DNA of 64,000 nucleotides from Verrucomicrobiota bacterium (GCA_039795165.1 JBDKER010000008.1:64053-128052), one strand, 5' to 3'; positions 46,364 to 54,930 are shown, counted from the stretch's first letter. Notes: generated by a model from the sequence alone, not told the origin. Numbers and translations: made by a program.

Positions 46364-46462
46364 ATTGCGCGGAAGCATGCGTGATTTCCGGACCTTCACT
46401 CCGAAACAATCCCATTGGCGCTTCGGTTGCGCCGCAGGAACTATTGGAAAGATATCCTCGCC

Positions 46463-47638
46463 ATGAAACCAGCATCGCTATGCTTTCTGAGCGCCATGTC
46501 GGCTGAGCCGTGGGGTGGATCGGAGATTCTCTGGAGCGAATCCGCCCGCGTTGCCCTGGGGCGAGGGCACCGGGTTATGGTCTCGGTAACTCGATGGCCC
46601 CGCAGGGCTCCGGCCGTTGACGAACTGGTCGGGTGCGGGGCTGAACTGGATGAACGAGGCTTGGGCCCGCCCAGCAGTATTCAGCGGATGGGAGATATCG
46701 TGCGCAGACGCATCCTCAGGCAGCGGGTGCCCGACCACGCAGTTGTCCGCAGCAGGAACGCCATCCGGAGTTTCCGGCCTGATCTGGTCTGTGTTTCCAA
46801 CGGGGTGGTCGCCTGCGGTCTCGACTGGATGGATTGGCTGCGGGAGGAAGGAATCCGCTACGTGTCGGTGTGTCAGGCCAATACCGAATGGGTCTGGCCG
46901 ATGGAGCCGGAAGCCCAGCGCTTGATTGCCTGCTACGCGGGAGCGGAGCGGTCCTACTTCGTCTCGGAGGCCAACCGCAGACTGTTTGAGCATCAGACCG
47001 GTTTCCGTCTCACCAATGCGGAAGTGGTGCGCAATCCATTTCTGGTTCCCTATGCAGCCGACTGTCCTTGGCCGGAGAACGCCACAGATGTTCTCAGGTT
47101 TGCCTGCGTGGGGCGGCTCAATCCCGCTCCGAAGGGCCAGGACCTGATCCTCGAAGTGCTGGCCATGCCGAAGTGGAGGCAGCGCCCGGTGCGTTGCTCC
47201 TTCTTCGGCAGAGGTGCCGCCCAACCGGGACTGGCAAGGCTCGCGGCTATGCTCGGCGTCGCGGACAGGGTGGACTTCTGCGGACATGTCTCCTCGGTGG
47301 AATCGGTCTGGCAGAGCCACCATGCCCTGCTGCTGCCTTCCCGGTACGAAGGTCTGCCTCTCGCCGTGGTCGAGGCCATGCTGTGCAGTCGGCCTGTCAT
47401 CGTCACCGATATCGCCGGGAACCGCGAGATCGTGGAAGACAACGTCACCGGCTTCATCGCCGAGGCACCATCAGTGGCTTCGGTGGACGAGGCCATGGAG
47501 CGGGCATGGGCCCGCCGCGGAGAATTGGCCGCCATGGGACAACGGGCGGCGGCCTCCGTCCGCAGCAAAGTGCCACCCCGTCCAGCGGAGGTGTTCACCG
47601 ATGCTCTCCTGCGCATCGCCGGTTCTCCTGAAACTTAG
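46463..47638 (+). CDS. GT4-family (GT-B) glycosyltransferase
   Basis: ATG at 46463. The C-terminal EX7E region reads LLPSRYEGLPLAVVEAMLCSRPVIVTDIAGNREIVEDNVTGF. Confidence 0.8.
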   Translation: MKPASLCFLSAMSAEPWGGSEILWSESARVALGRGHRVMVSVTRWPRRAPAVDELVGCGAELDERGLGPPSSIQRMGDIVRRRILRQRVPDHAVVRSRNAIRSFRPDLVCVSNGVVACGLDWMDWLREEGIRYVSVCQANTEWVWPMEPEAQRLIACYAGAERSYFVSEANRRLFEHQTGFRLTNAEVVRNPFLVPYAADCPWPENATDVLRFACVGRLNPAPKGQDLILEVLAMPKWRQRPVRCSFFGRGAAQPGLARLAAMLGVADRVDFCGHVSSVESVWQSHHALLLPSRYEGLPLAVVEAMLCSRPVIVTDIAGNREIVEDNVTGFIAEAPSVASVDEAMERAWARRGELAAMGQRAAASVRSKVPPRPAEVFTDALLRIAGSPET

Positions 47639-47734
47639 GGAGCGATGGCCGCTTAGCACCGAGAGCGCAAAGCCCGCTTTATTCCAGATCCGATCGCGAA
47701 GAAGCACCGGAACTGATGCAGACCCCATGATCCC

Positions 47735-48561
47735 GTGATCTCCGCTGTCGTCCGCACCAAAACTGCAGCCATGTCATCGGTGCCACCCTGCGGGCACTGC
47801 GGGAGCAATCGTCGCCACCCGGCGAAGTCATCGTGGTCGATTCGGGTTCTACCGACGATACCCTGACCATCGCCGCCCGGGAATGGCCGGAGGCCTTGGT
47901 CCTGCACTGGCCCACCGGAAAGCCCTTCAGCTATCCGGCAACCCTGAACATGGGCATTGCAGAGGCGAAGGGAGACCTCATTCTCATCGCCAGTTCCCAT
48001 ACAGAACTGAAGGGTGCGGATGTTCTCCAACGCATGAGCGGGTACCTTGCTCAGTTTGATGCCGTCGGGGTGTACTGCCATTACCGTCTTGCTGCGGATG
48101 AATCTCCCGGACCGTGGCCGGGACGACTCGTGAATGTGGTGGACCGGAGTTCCTTCAACGGGACCAATGGCCTCTGGAATGCCTGCTCCCTGATCCGCAG
48201 GAAGGCGTGGCAGGACCATCCGTTCCCTGAGGAAATGCCTACCGCGGAAGACCAGGCATGGGCCCGATGGCAGTACGACCACCGCGATGCCTGCACGGTC
48301 TGCATCCGTGATCTCGACGTGCGCTATCTCAGCCGAGAGGATACCGTGCGGAAGTCGGCCTTCGAAGCAGCGGTCGTCGCTAAATACCTCATGCCTCAGC
48401 ACCGCACCCTCTGGCACCTCTGGCGCACTGCTGAGGAAGCAGCCTACGCATGGCTGAGAAGAGACCGTCCCATGGCCAGTCGGCTCTGGCGCACCACAGT
48501 GGAACTGGCAAAACTGCGGTGGCGCAGGCCAGTCTACACGGCGGATTACTACCGCAGATGA
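47735..48561 (+). pseudogene. GT2-family glycosyltransferase interrupted by a 1-nt frameshift in an A4 run
   Basis: GTG at 47735 encodes (M)ISAVVRTK, and the frame then dies. The +2 frame continues NCSHVIGATLRALREQSSPPGEVIVVDSGSTDDT... to 48561. One extra A at 47759-47762 would restore a canonical GT2 N-terminus (RTKN...VVDSGSTD). Confidence 0.65.
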
Positions 48562-49487
48562 CGGCCATGAGGGAAGCCACCCACGAGGGGCGTGAGCCAT
48601 TTCCCCGGCACGTCATGGATCCCCGGCACGGCATGTCGCTGGCCGACCGCGTGGCAGATGTCTGCCGCTGGGCAATGCTGCGGAGCAAAGGCAAAGCATC
48701 TCCACCACAGCAGGTCCGCGCTCCGGTAGCTGTCTGCCGCACACTCATTTCGTCACGCTCCCTGCCGGAAGCCCTCGTCTCCCTGCCGGCCCTCGCTGCA
48801 CTCGGCGAACCCCTCGCCTTCGATCTCTGCTGCGATGACTCGCTCGAACCAGCCAGCCTGCAGCGACTGCTCGCAACCCGCGGCATTCACGCAGAAGTCA
48901 CTTCGCGGAAGGCCTTCCTCGACGCATGCGGGAATTCCGGCGCGGCAACTGCGGAAGCCTTCGGCCGATCCTTCATCTGGGGCACGAAATTCAGCTTCGC
49001 TGTCCTCCGCCCCAGCAACCTTCCGGTCCTCTACATGGACAATGATGTCCTCTGGTTCCGCCCAGCGGTCGGATCACTCGCACTGCAGAACCTGCGGGAC
49101 CTGCTCGCCGTCACCGATGTCGCCAGCTCCTACGATCCCGGATTCCTTTCGTGGATGGAGCCGGACGACGCAGAACTGCTCGGGCGCAGCCACCCGGTCT
49201 GCGCGGGCATCTTCGCCTTCCCGGCGGGATACCAGCTGCCCCCATGGGCCGAACGCTATATTCTGAAGCAACTGGAAATCGGGGAACCAGGCTACTTCTT
49301 CGAACAAACCCTGATCGCACTGCTCGCCCTCAAGGGCGCAGGAACCGTTCCCTACGACGATCTGCCAACCTGTGGACCACGCTCAACCCGGCATCCCAGC
49401 TACCGGCACCACCGCTGGATCGCCGCCCACTACGCCGGTCCAGCCCGTCGCCAGTTCTGGCGCGATGCATGGTCGCTCCAAAGATAG
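48558..49487 (+). CDS. putative GT8-like nucleotide-sugar glycosyltransferase
   Basis: ATG at 48558 (ATGA overlap). Has the DxD context VLYMDNDVLWF and a late HYAGP motif. The assignment is tentative. Confidence 0.45.
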   Translation: MTAMREATHEGREPFPRHVMDPRHGMSLADRVADVCRWAMLRSKGKASPPQQVRAPVAVCRTLISSRSLPEALVSLPALAALGEPLAFDLCCDDSLEPASLQRLLATRGIHAEVTSRKAFLDACGNSGAATAEAFGRSFIWGTKFSFAVLRPSNLPVLYMDNDVLWFRPAVGSLALQNLRDLLAVTDVASSYDPGFLSWMEPDDAELLGRSHPVCAGIFAFPAGYQLPPWAERYILKQLEIGEPGYFFEQTLIALLALKGAGTVPYDDLPTCGPRSTRHPSYRHHRWIAAHYAGPARRQFWRDAWSLQR

Positions 49488-49640
49488 CCCGCCTCCCCGT
49501 TCTGTGTCACGGAAGCAATTCCGTGATCATCCCGCCGAGGCAAAAGGCCACACCGACCGCACGAGGACGCCACCATATCTGCCTTCCCACAATGCAACCA
49601 TCCCAACGCCAGGCCAGCGCCACGATTTTTCGCAAAAGGG

Positions 49641-49680
49641 CGCATTTCGGGGCATTTTCGGGCATTTCGGGGGGTTCCGG
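49641..49680. repeat. 10-bp phased short tandem repeat (GGCATTT(T)CGG x3, plus a degenerate 4th unit)
   Basis: CGCATTTCGG GGCATTTTCG GGCATTTCGG GGGGTTCCGG, about 50 nt from the 3' end of tRNA-Thr. Confidence 0.6.
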
Positions 49681-49728
49681 CCCGTCTTCCGTTTCCCTTG
49701 GGGAGTCCCTGATTTTCAGCGCTTTAGC

Positions 49729-49803
49729 TGGAGCCGGTGAGCGGATTTGAACCGCTGACCCGCGCATTACGAATGCGCTGCTCTACCACTGAGCTACACC
49801 GGC
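49729..49803 (-). tRNA. tRNA-Thr (anticodon CGT)
   Basis: Reverse complement: GCCGGTG TA GCTC AGTGGTA GAGC A GCGCA TTCGTAA TGCGC GGGTC AGCGG TTCAAAT CCGCT CACCGGC T CCA. Confidence 0.95.
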
Positions 49804-49963
49804 GGGTGATGGCTGCCCTCGGCAGCGCTCGGGTAGGTCAATGCACAAGGAGGGCGGGTGTGTCAAGAGAAGGACGGATTTGTGCTTGATCGTTCCGGGT
49901 GGGGCGGTAGCATCGCCGCCCGCGCTATCAGCGCTTTTCCAAACCGAACTTTTTTCAATCATC

Positions 49964-50176
49964 ATGGGCAAACAGCACAACAAGGAGATCAAGCGCCAAC
50001 GCCGCAAGGCACTCACGAAACGCCGCAAGGAAGCTGTGAGGGTCGCGAAGGCGAATCCGGCGGCTGCGAAGTCGGCTGCGGTGGCACGCCGTGAGGCGGC
50101 ACCGAAGAAGAAGTCGGCTCCGCGCAAGGCAGCACCTGCGAAGAAGGCGGAGCCGGTGGCTGCGGCTGAGGAGTAA
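49964..50176 (+). CDS. small Lys/Ala/Arg-rich basic protein (histone H1/Hc1-like composition)
   Basis: ATG at 49964 gives MGKQHNKEIKRQRRKALTKRRKEAVRVAKANPAAAKSAAVARREAAPKKKSAPRKAAPAKKAEPVAAAEE. A candidate TTGATC-N16-TAGCAT promoter lies at 49886-49913. Confidence 0.5.
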   Translation: MGKQHNKEIKRQRRKALTKRRKEAVRVAKANPAAAKSAAVARREAAPKKKSAPRKAAPAKKAEPVAAAEE

Positions 50177-50351
50177 GACTTGCGGGCCGGGGGGGGTATC
50201 CTGTGTCTTCCGACACATCGGAAATGAGTCCTTGGGGTCGTGCACTGAAAGAGTCCGCAAAATTCTTTCACGGCGCTTGAATATTCGGGCGGAGGGCTCA
50301 GTCTAGCGACCGGGGTGTCATAGCCCGCAACCATCCACCATTACAACCACC

Positions 50352-50648
50352 ATGAAAACACAAGTCATCAGACTGTCCCTGATTGCTGTGGCCGCCGCGC
50401 TGGTCTCCTGCGCGTCCGGCCCGAATGCCACGACTGGCACCGCGCTTGGCGGTCTCGGTGGTGCTGCCCTTGGCGGCATCATCGGTCACCAGAGCGGCCG
50501 CGGTCTCGAAGGCGCGGCGATTGGAGCCGTGGCCGGAGGCGCTGCCGGCAACCTGATCGGAAACGGTCAGGATCAGCGCAATGCGCAGCGGTACTACGGC
50601 ACGGGAGGCTACTATGCTCCGCCGCCGCCGGCACCTTACTACCGCTGA
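50352..50648 (+). CDS. glycine-zipper (Gly-zipper_2TM / 17-kDa antigen-like) lipoprotein
   Basis: Signal peptide plus lipobox (LVSC). Contains GGLGGAALGGIIGHQSGRGLEGAAIGAVAGGAAGNLIG. Confidence 0.75.
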   Translation: MKTQVIRLSLIAVAAALVSCASGPNATTGTALGGLGGAALGGIIGHQSGRGLEGAAIGAVAGGAAGNLIGNGQDQRNAQRYYGTGGYYAPPPPAPYYR

Positions 50649-50683
50649 TTGGCGGAGGGAATCAGGCATTCCTCACGTGCAGG

Positions 50684-50718
50684 CACCCGGGACCGTTCGC
50701 GGCCCGGGTGTCTTTTTT
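50684..50718 (+). terminator. intrinsic terminator
   Basis: Stem CACCCGGG/CCCGGGTG with an inner CCG/CGG extension and a TTCG loop, followed by TCTTTTTT. Confidence 0.7.
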
Positions 50719-50877
50719 ACGCATTTTATCCGTGCCAGGGCCTGATTTTTTTGTTGCCCGTGGCGGGGAGTCCCGGCAGTCTCGCGGCCCGTGTGGTGGC
50801 GTCGTCTGCGGCGTCATGTGCGGCGCTCCTTTCTGTGGGGAGAGGCCGCCCGCACGCAACCCATCAACTCACATTCA

Positions 50878-52437
50878 ATGAACAACGAAGGTATTGCACC
50901 TAACGCCAAACGTCTCCTGTGGGCGGGCTTTCTGGCGATTCTGGCTGCCGGCATCGGATTTGGTGTCCGTGGCGGCATTCTTACTAACTGGGCCGACGAT
51001 TTCGGGTTCACGGGCGCGCAGCTCGGGGCCATCGGGGGGGCCGGTTTCACGGGATTCTGCTTCGGCATCATCATTGGTGGTGTGGTGGTGGACAAGATTG
51101 GCTATGGCAAGCTGGTGCTGGCGGCGTTTCTTTTCCACGTGCTGTCTGCGTTCATCACGTTTGCGGCGAGCAAGGGTCAGGCGCAGGCGGTGGCGTACAA
51201 TTATCTGTACTGGGGCACGTTTGTCTTTGCGCTGGCCAACGGGACGCTGGAGGCGGTGGCGAATCCGCTCGTGTCGACCCTGTTCCCGAATAACCGGACG
51301 CATTATCTGAACATCCTGCATGCATCGTGGCCGGCTGGTCTGGTGATTGGCGGGATCATTGGCTGGACGCTGGGAGAGAGCGGCACGAGCTGGAAGATGC
51401 AGCTCGGTCTGTTCCTGATTCCGACGGTGCTTTACGGACTGGCCTTCATGGGTCAGCACTTCCCGAAGTCCGAGGCATCGGCCAAGGGACTGAGTGTGGG
51501 GAGCATGATGAAGGAAGTCGGCATTCTTGGTGCGGCGGTGGCCTGCTATCTTCTGGTGCTGTTCTTCAACAAGGCGCTGCAGCTGCCGGAAGCGGTGGCG
51601 TGGGGTCTGGGTGGACTTCTGCTGGTAGCAGTGGGCGTGATCACGAAGTTCTCGGTCGGCTCGATTCTCCTGTTCATTCTCTTCATTGCGCACGCTCTGG
51701 TGGGTGCGGTGGAGCTGGGAACGGACGGCTGGATTCAGAACATCACCGGCAATATTCTCAATCCGGCGCAGGGTAAGATTCTCTTTGTGTTCACTTCGCT
51801 GCTGATGTTTGCGCTGCGATTCTGCGGTCATTTCATCGAGAACAAGCTGAAGATTTCGCCGATTGGGCTGCTCTTGATCTGTGCGGTGCTCGCGGTGGTC
51901 GGTCTCAATCTGGTCAGTGGCATCACCAGCTTTGGCGGGGCCATGTTTGCGCTGGCGGTGTATGCGCTCGGCAAGACCTTCTTCTGGCCGACGATGCTGG
52001 CGGTGGTGGGCGACCGGTTCCCGCGGACTGGTGCGATTGCCATGTCGATCATGGGCGGCATCGGGATGATGTCGGCTGGTCTGCTGGGCAGCGAGGGACT
52101 TGGGTATGCCAAGGACCGTTTCACGGCTGAGGAGATCAAGACGCAGAATGCGGCGCTTTATGAAGCCAACAAGGCGGGCAAGGCGAGTAGCTTCCTCTTC
52201 CTTGAGCCGGTGGTGGGGCTTGATGGCACCAAGCTGTCGGATGCGCAGAAGGCGAAGGAGAAGACTCCTGAGCAGAAGGCCCTCGCCGACGCGAGCATTG
52301 TGGGTGACCGCCGGACGCTGAAGGCTGACTCCTTCATTCCGCTGGCCATGGCGGGCATTTATCTTGCCCTGCTGCTCTACTTCAAGGGGATTGGTGGCTA
52401 CAAGCCGCTGCAGATTGAAGAGGGAGCCGCCAGGTAG
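50878..52437 (+). CDS. MFS transporter
   Basis: ATG at 50878. About 12 TM helices. An extra soluble loop ([24 protein letters not shown]...) precedes a final TM helix. Confidence 0.75.
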   Translation: MNNEGIAPNAKRLLWAGFLAILAAGIGFGVRGGILTNWADDFGFTGAQLGAIGGAGFTGFCFGIIIGGVVVDKIGYGKLVLAAFLFHVLSAFITFAASKGQAQAVAYNYLYWGTFVFALANGTLEAVANPLVSTLFPNNRTHYLNILHASWPAGLVIGGIIGWTLGESGTSWKMQLGLFLIPTVLYGLAFMGQHFPKSEASAKGLSVGSMMKEVGILGAAVACYLLVLFFNKALQLPEAVAWGLGGLLLVAVGVITKFSVGSILLFILFIAHALVGAVELGTDGWIQNITGNILNPAQGKILFVFTSLLMFALRFCGHFIENKLKISPIGLLLICAVLAVVGLNLVSGITSFGGAMFALAVYALGKTFFWPTMLAVVGDRFPRTGAIAMSIMGGIGMMSAGLLGSEGLGYAKDRFTAEEIKTQNAALYEANKAGKASSFLFLEPVVGLDGTKLSDAQKAKEKTPEQKALADASIVGDRRTLKADSFIPLAMAGIYLALLLYFKGIGGYKPLQIEEGAAR

Positions 52438-52464
52438 GGCGGACCATTGAGAAACAGATGAAAC

Positions 52465-52498
52465 GGGCGGCCCTGCAGCGATGCGGGGCCGCTTTTTT
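52465..52498 (+). terminator. intrinsic terminator
   Basis: 11-bp stem (52466-52476 / 52481-52491) with a GCGA tetraloop, followed by TTTTTTT (52492-52498). Confidence 0.8.
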
Positions 52499-52513
52499 TG
52501 TCCCGGAAGGTCC

Positions 52514-53275
52514 TTACAGTCCGGTGGGGTGGTCGAGGAACGACCATGGGAGGCGGGTACGAGCGGCGAGCCATGCGGCGAGGGCTTTGACGCCGAAGGT
52601 TTCCGTGGCGTAGTGTCCTCCGTAGAGGAGGTTGACGCCGAGTTCTTCGGCGGCGGTGTAGCTCCAGTGGGGGCCTTCGCCGGTGAGGAAGGTATCGATT
52701 CCGGTGGCGGCGGCGGCGGCGATTTCCGAGCCGGCTCCGCCTGTGATGATGCCGAGGCGGCGGATTTTCCGGGGTCCGCCGGGGCAGAGGTGCACTGGGC
52801 CGCCGAGCGCGGATTCGCAGCGCTGCACGAGGGTTTCGCGCGTCATGGAGACGGTGGCGGAGACGCCCAGCTGGATGCCTTTCCATGGGAAGAACGGGCT
52901 GGTCCGGCGGATGCCGAGGGCGGCGGCGAGTTGTGCGTTGTTGCCGTGGCGTGGGTGGACATCGAGGGGGATGTGAGCGCTGTAGATGGCCATGCCGGCG
53001 CGAATGGCGGTGGCGGTTTTGCGGAAGACGGGGCCGCGCATGGGCTGGACCCCGCTCCAGAAGAGGCCGTGGTGCACGATGAGGAGGACGGGTCCGTCGG
53101 CGCGGGCGGCCTGTTCGATGACTGGTTCGCAGGCATCGACGGCGGCGATGATGCGGGCGATGTGGCCGCTGCCGTTTTCGAGCTGCAGACCATTGACGGC
53201 TCCTGGGTAGTCTGGGGTGGAAGCGAGCGAGAGTTCGGAATCGAGCAGTTCGGTGAGGGAGTGGAGCGAGGCCAT
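52514..53275 (-). CDS. Nif3-like dinuclear metal centre protein (YbgI/GTP cyclohydrolase 1 type 2 family)
   Basis: ATG at 53275. Contains NGLQLENG, LLIVHHGLFW, IYSAHIPLDVHP, and LYGGHYATETFG. Confidence 0.85.
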   Translation of the reverse strand: MASLHSLTELLDSELSLASTPDYPGAVNGLQLENGSGHIARIIAAVDACEPVIEQAARADGPVLLIVHHGLFWSGVQPMRGPVFRKTATAIRAGMAIYSAHIPLDVHPRHGNNAQLAAALGIRRTSPFFPWKGIQLGVSATVSMTRETLVQRCESALGGPVHLCPGGPRKIRRLGIITGGAGSEIAAAAATGIDTFLTGEGPHWSYTAAEELGVNLLYGGHYATETFGVKALAAWLAARTRLPWSFLDHPTGL

Positions 53276-53294
53276 GATGTGGTGAGGGGAGGTA

Positions 53295-54893
53295 TCAGGT
53301 GGCTGGCGGAGCGGCACGCCAAAGATGGGGAGAGCTGAGTGCATCGAGCGTGTGTTCGGCTTCCGCATCCGTGAGCGAGCCGGGAATCCAGAAGCGGAGG
53401 AACTGGCCGCCGGGGAGGGAAGGAGACGATGCGAGTATACCGAGCGATGCGAGGCGCGGAAGGAGAGTGCTGGCCGCAAGGTGATCGGGCAGCCTGAGGG
53501 TGAGAATGTGCGGACCTGAGCGGGCGGGATCGATGGCCGGGGTCAGGCCGTGAATGTGCAGGCATTCCACGAGCTGCTGCCGGAACTGGCGGATGGCCTC
53601 CCGGCGGTCCCATGAATGGAGGTTTGCGGTCGCCGTCTGGATCGTTTCGCCCAGTCCTGCGGGAACGCCGTGTCGGTCCGTTCCTTCCGCGGACCATGAG
53701 CCGAGGTCGAGGCTGCGCGCGAGCCGGTCCGGGGCTGGCTGGATGTGGTCCTGATGGAAGACCATGAGCAGTCCGGGGGTAGCCCCGAGGCTGCCGCTGT
53801 CCGTGGTGGCGAGCCAGACATCGGACAGGTTGACGGGCACGTGGCCCAGTGTGGCCGAGGCATCGATGGCGAGGCGGAGGTCGCGTGCGCGGCAGAGTGA
53901 CTGCAGTGCGTCGAGGTCCGTGAGAGCGCCTGTGGCGGGTTCGCAGTGGGTTGTCCAGAGCCAGCGGACTTCCGGGTGGCGGTCGAGCAGAGCGGCGAGT
54001 TTGGAAGGTTCGAGGGGTCGCTGCCATGGAAGCCTGAGGTGTTCGTGGGGCAGCCAGAGTCTGCGGGCGTGGTCAGCGAGGGCTTCTCCGGCAGGGCCGT
54101 GACTGATGACCATGCACGTTTCCTCGCGCAGGAGGAGTTGTGCGCAGGCGAGGTCGTGCCCGAGCGGCGGGGCACCGGGCACCAGGGCGAGGGAAGCCGC
54201 TCCGGTCATGCGGAGCAGGTCAGCATGGATGGATTCCAGCGGGTCTGCCGGTACTGCGGCAGCGGGTGGCGGCGTGCCTGTTTCCTCAGCGGCTGTGGAC
54301 ATGGGCGGCAGAAAGCCGACTGCGGGGGGAGTGGGCAGCGGGACAAAGCCCGGGCGCGGGCGGTGCCGCATGGCGCGTGCGAAGCTCTGACGGGTAACGT
54401 GCATAGGCTGGAACCATGCGCCCTCGTGACCGACGAGCGGTCCGAATTCCGTGAATCCGAGCTTCCGGTAGAGCGGGACCTTTGCGGCCGCTGCGGAAAT
54501 CATGGCGGCGTCGGTTCCCCGTGCTGCGGCAGTCGCGAGGAGCAGGCGTATGAGGCCGCGGAGCACGGGACTGCCGCGCAGTTCCGGGGCGACGGTGAGC
54601 AGGCGGAGTTCGCACCAGTGGTGGCCGGGCGGAAGCTGGCGGTCGAGTTCCGGAAGCTTGCGGGCCAGCGAGAAGGGAGGTTCGAAGCGGGCCGCGAGCA
54701 TGCCTGCGAGGAAGTCGCCGCGGGCGGCGATCAGGTAGACATTGGTGTCATGGAAGCGGTCGACGAGCCGTCCGTCCGGACTTGGTGGGTGCTGCGGGAT
54801 TTCGCGTGTGAAGGTCTGGTGATTGAGGCGGTGGATAGCTTCGAATTCCCATGGTTCCCGGGCAATCCGGTAGTCGATGGCTGGTGTGCTCAT
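53295..54893 (-). CDS. GNAT acetyltransferase domain fused to a class-V aminotransferase-like domain
   Basis: ATG at 54893. The N-terminal ~170 aa are GNAT-like (ELRLLTVAPELRGSPVLRGLIRLLL...YRKLGF). The C-terminal part is AT-V-like (LAIDASATLGHVPVNLSDVWLATTDSGSLGATPGLLMVF). Confidence 0.6.
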   Translation of the reverse strand: MSTPAIDYRIAREPWEFEAIHRLNHQTFTREIPQHPPSPDGRLVDRFHDTNVYLIAARGDFLAGMLAARFEPPFSLARKLPELDRQLPPGHHWCELRLLTVAPELRGSPVLRGLIRLLLATAAARGTDAAMISAAAAKVPLYRKLGFTEFGPLVGHEGAWFQPMHVTRQSFARAMRHRPRPGFVPLPTPPAVGFLPPMSTAAEETGTPPPAAAVPADPLESIHADLLRMTGAASLALVPGAPPLGHDLACAQLLLREETCMVISHGPAGEALADHARRLWLPHEHLRLPWQRPLEPSKLAALLDRHPEVRWLWTTHCEPATGALTDLDALQSLCRARDLRLAIDASATLGHVPVNLSDVWLATTDSGSLGATPGLLMVFHQDHIQPAPDRLARSLDLGSWSAEGTDRHGVPAGLGETIQTATANLHSWDRREAIRQFRQQLVECLHIHGLTPAIDPARSGPHILTLRLPDHLAASTLLPRLASLGILASSPSLPGGQFLRFWIPGSLTDAEAEHTLDALSSPHLWRAAPPAT

Positions 54894-54930
54894 GACGGGT
54901 TGTCCGGTTGCCGGAGAATCGCCGCGGGCA

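Noticed and set aside
47756-47763. Programmed -1 ribosomal frameshifting or phase variation as the explanation for the GT2 frame break.
   Set aside because: The site (ACC AAA ACT) is not an X XXY YYZ slippery heptamer. A run of four As is short for slipped-strand phase variation. A mutation or a homopolymer sequencing error is more parsimonious.
49903-49914. Second ops-like sequence, GGCGGTAGCATC, upstream of the small basic protein gene.
   Set aside because: Only the 8-nt core plus T11 match, and position 12 is C. An 8-mer core is expected by chance about once or twice in 2 x 64 kb of GC-rich DNA. It also overlaps the likely -10 hexamer (TAGCAT) of a promoter, so it would not be transcribed.
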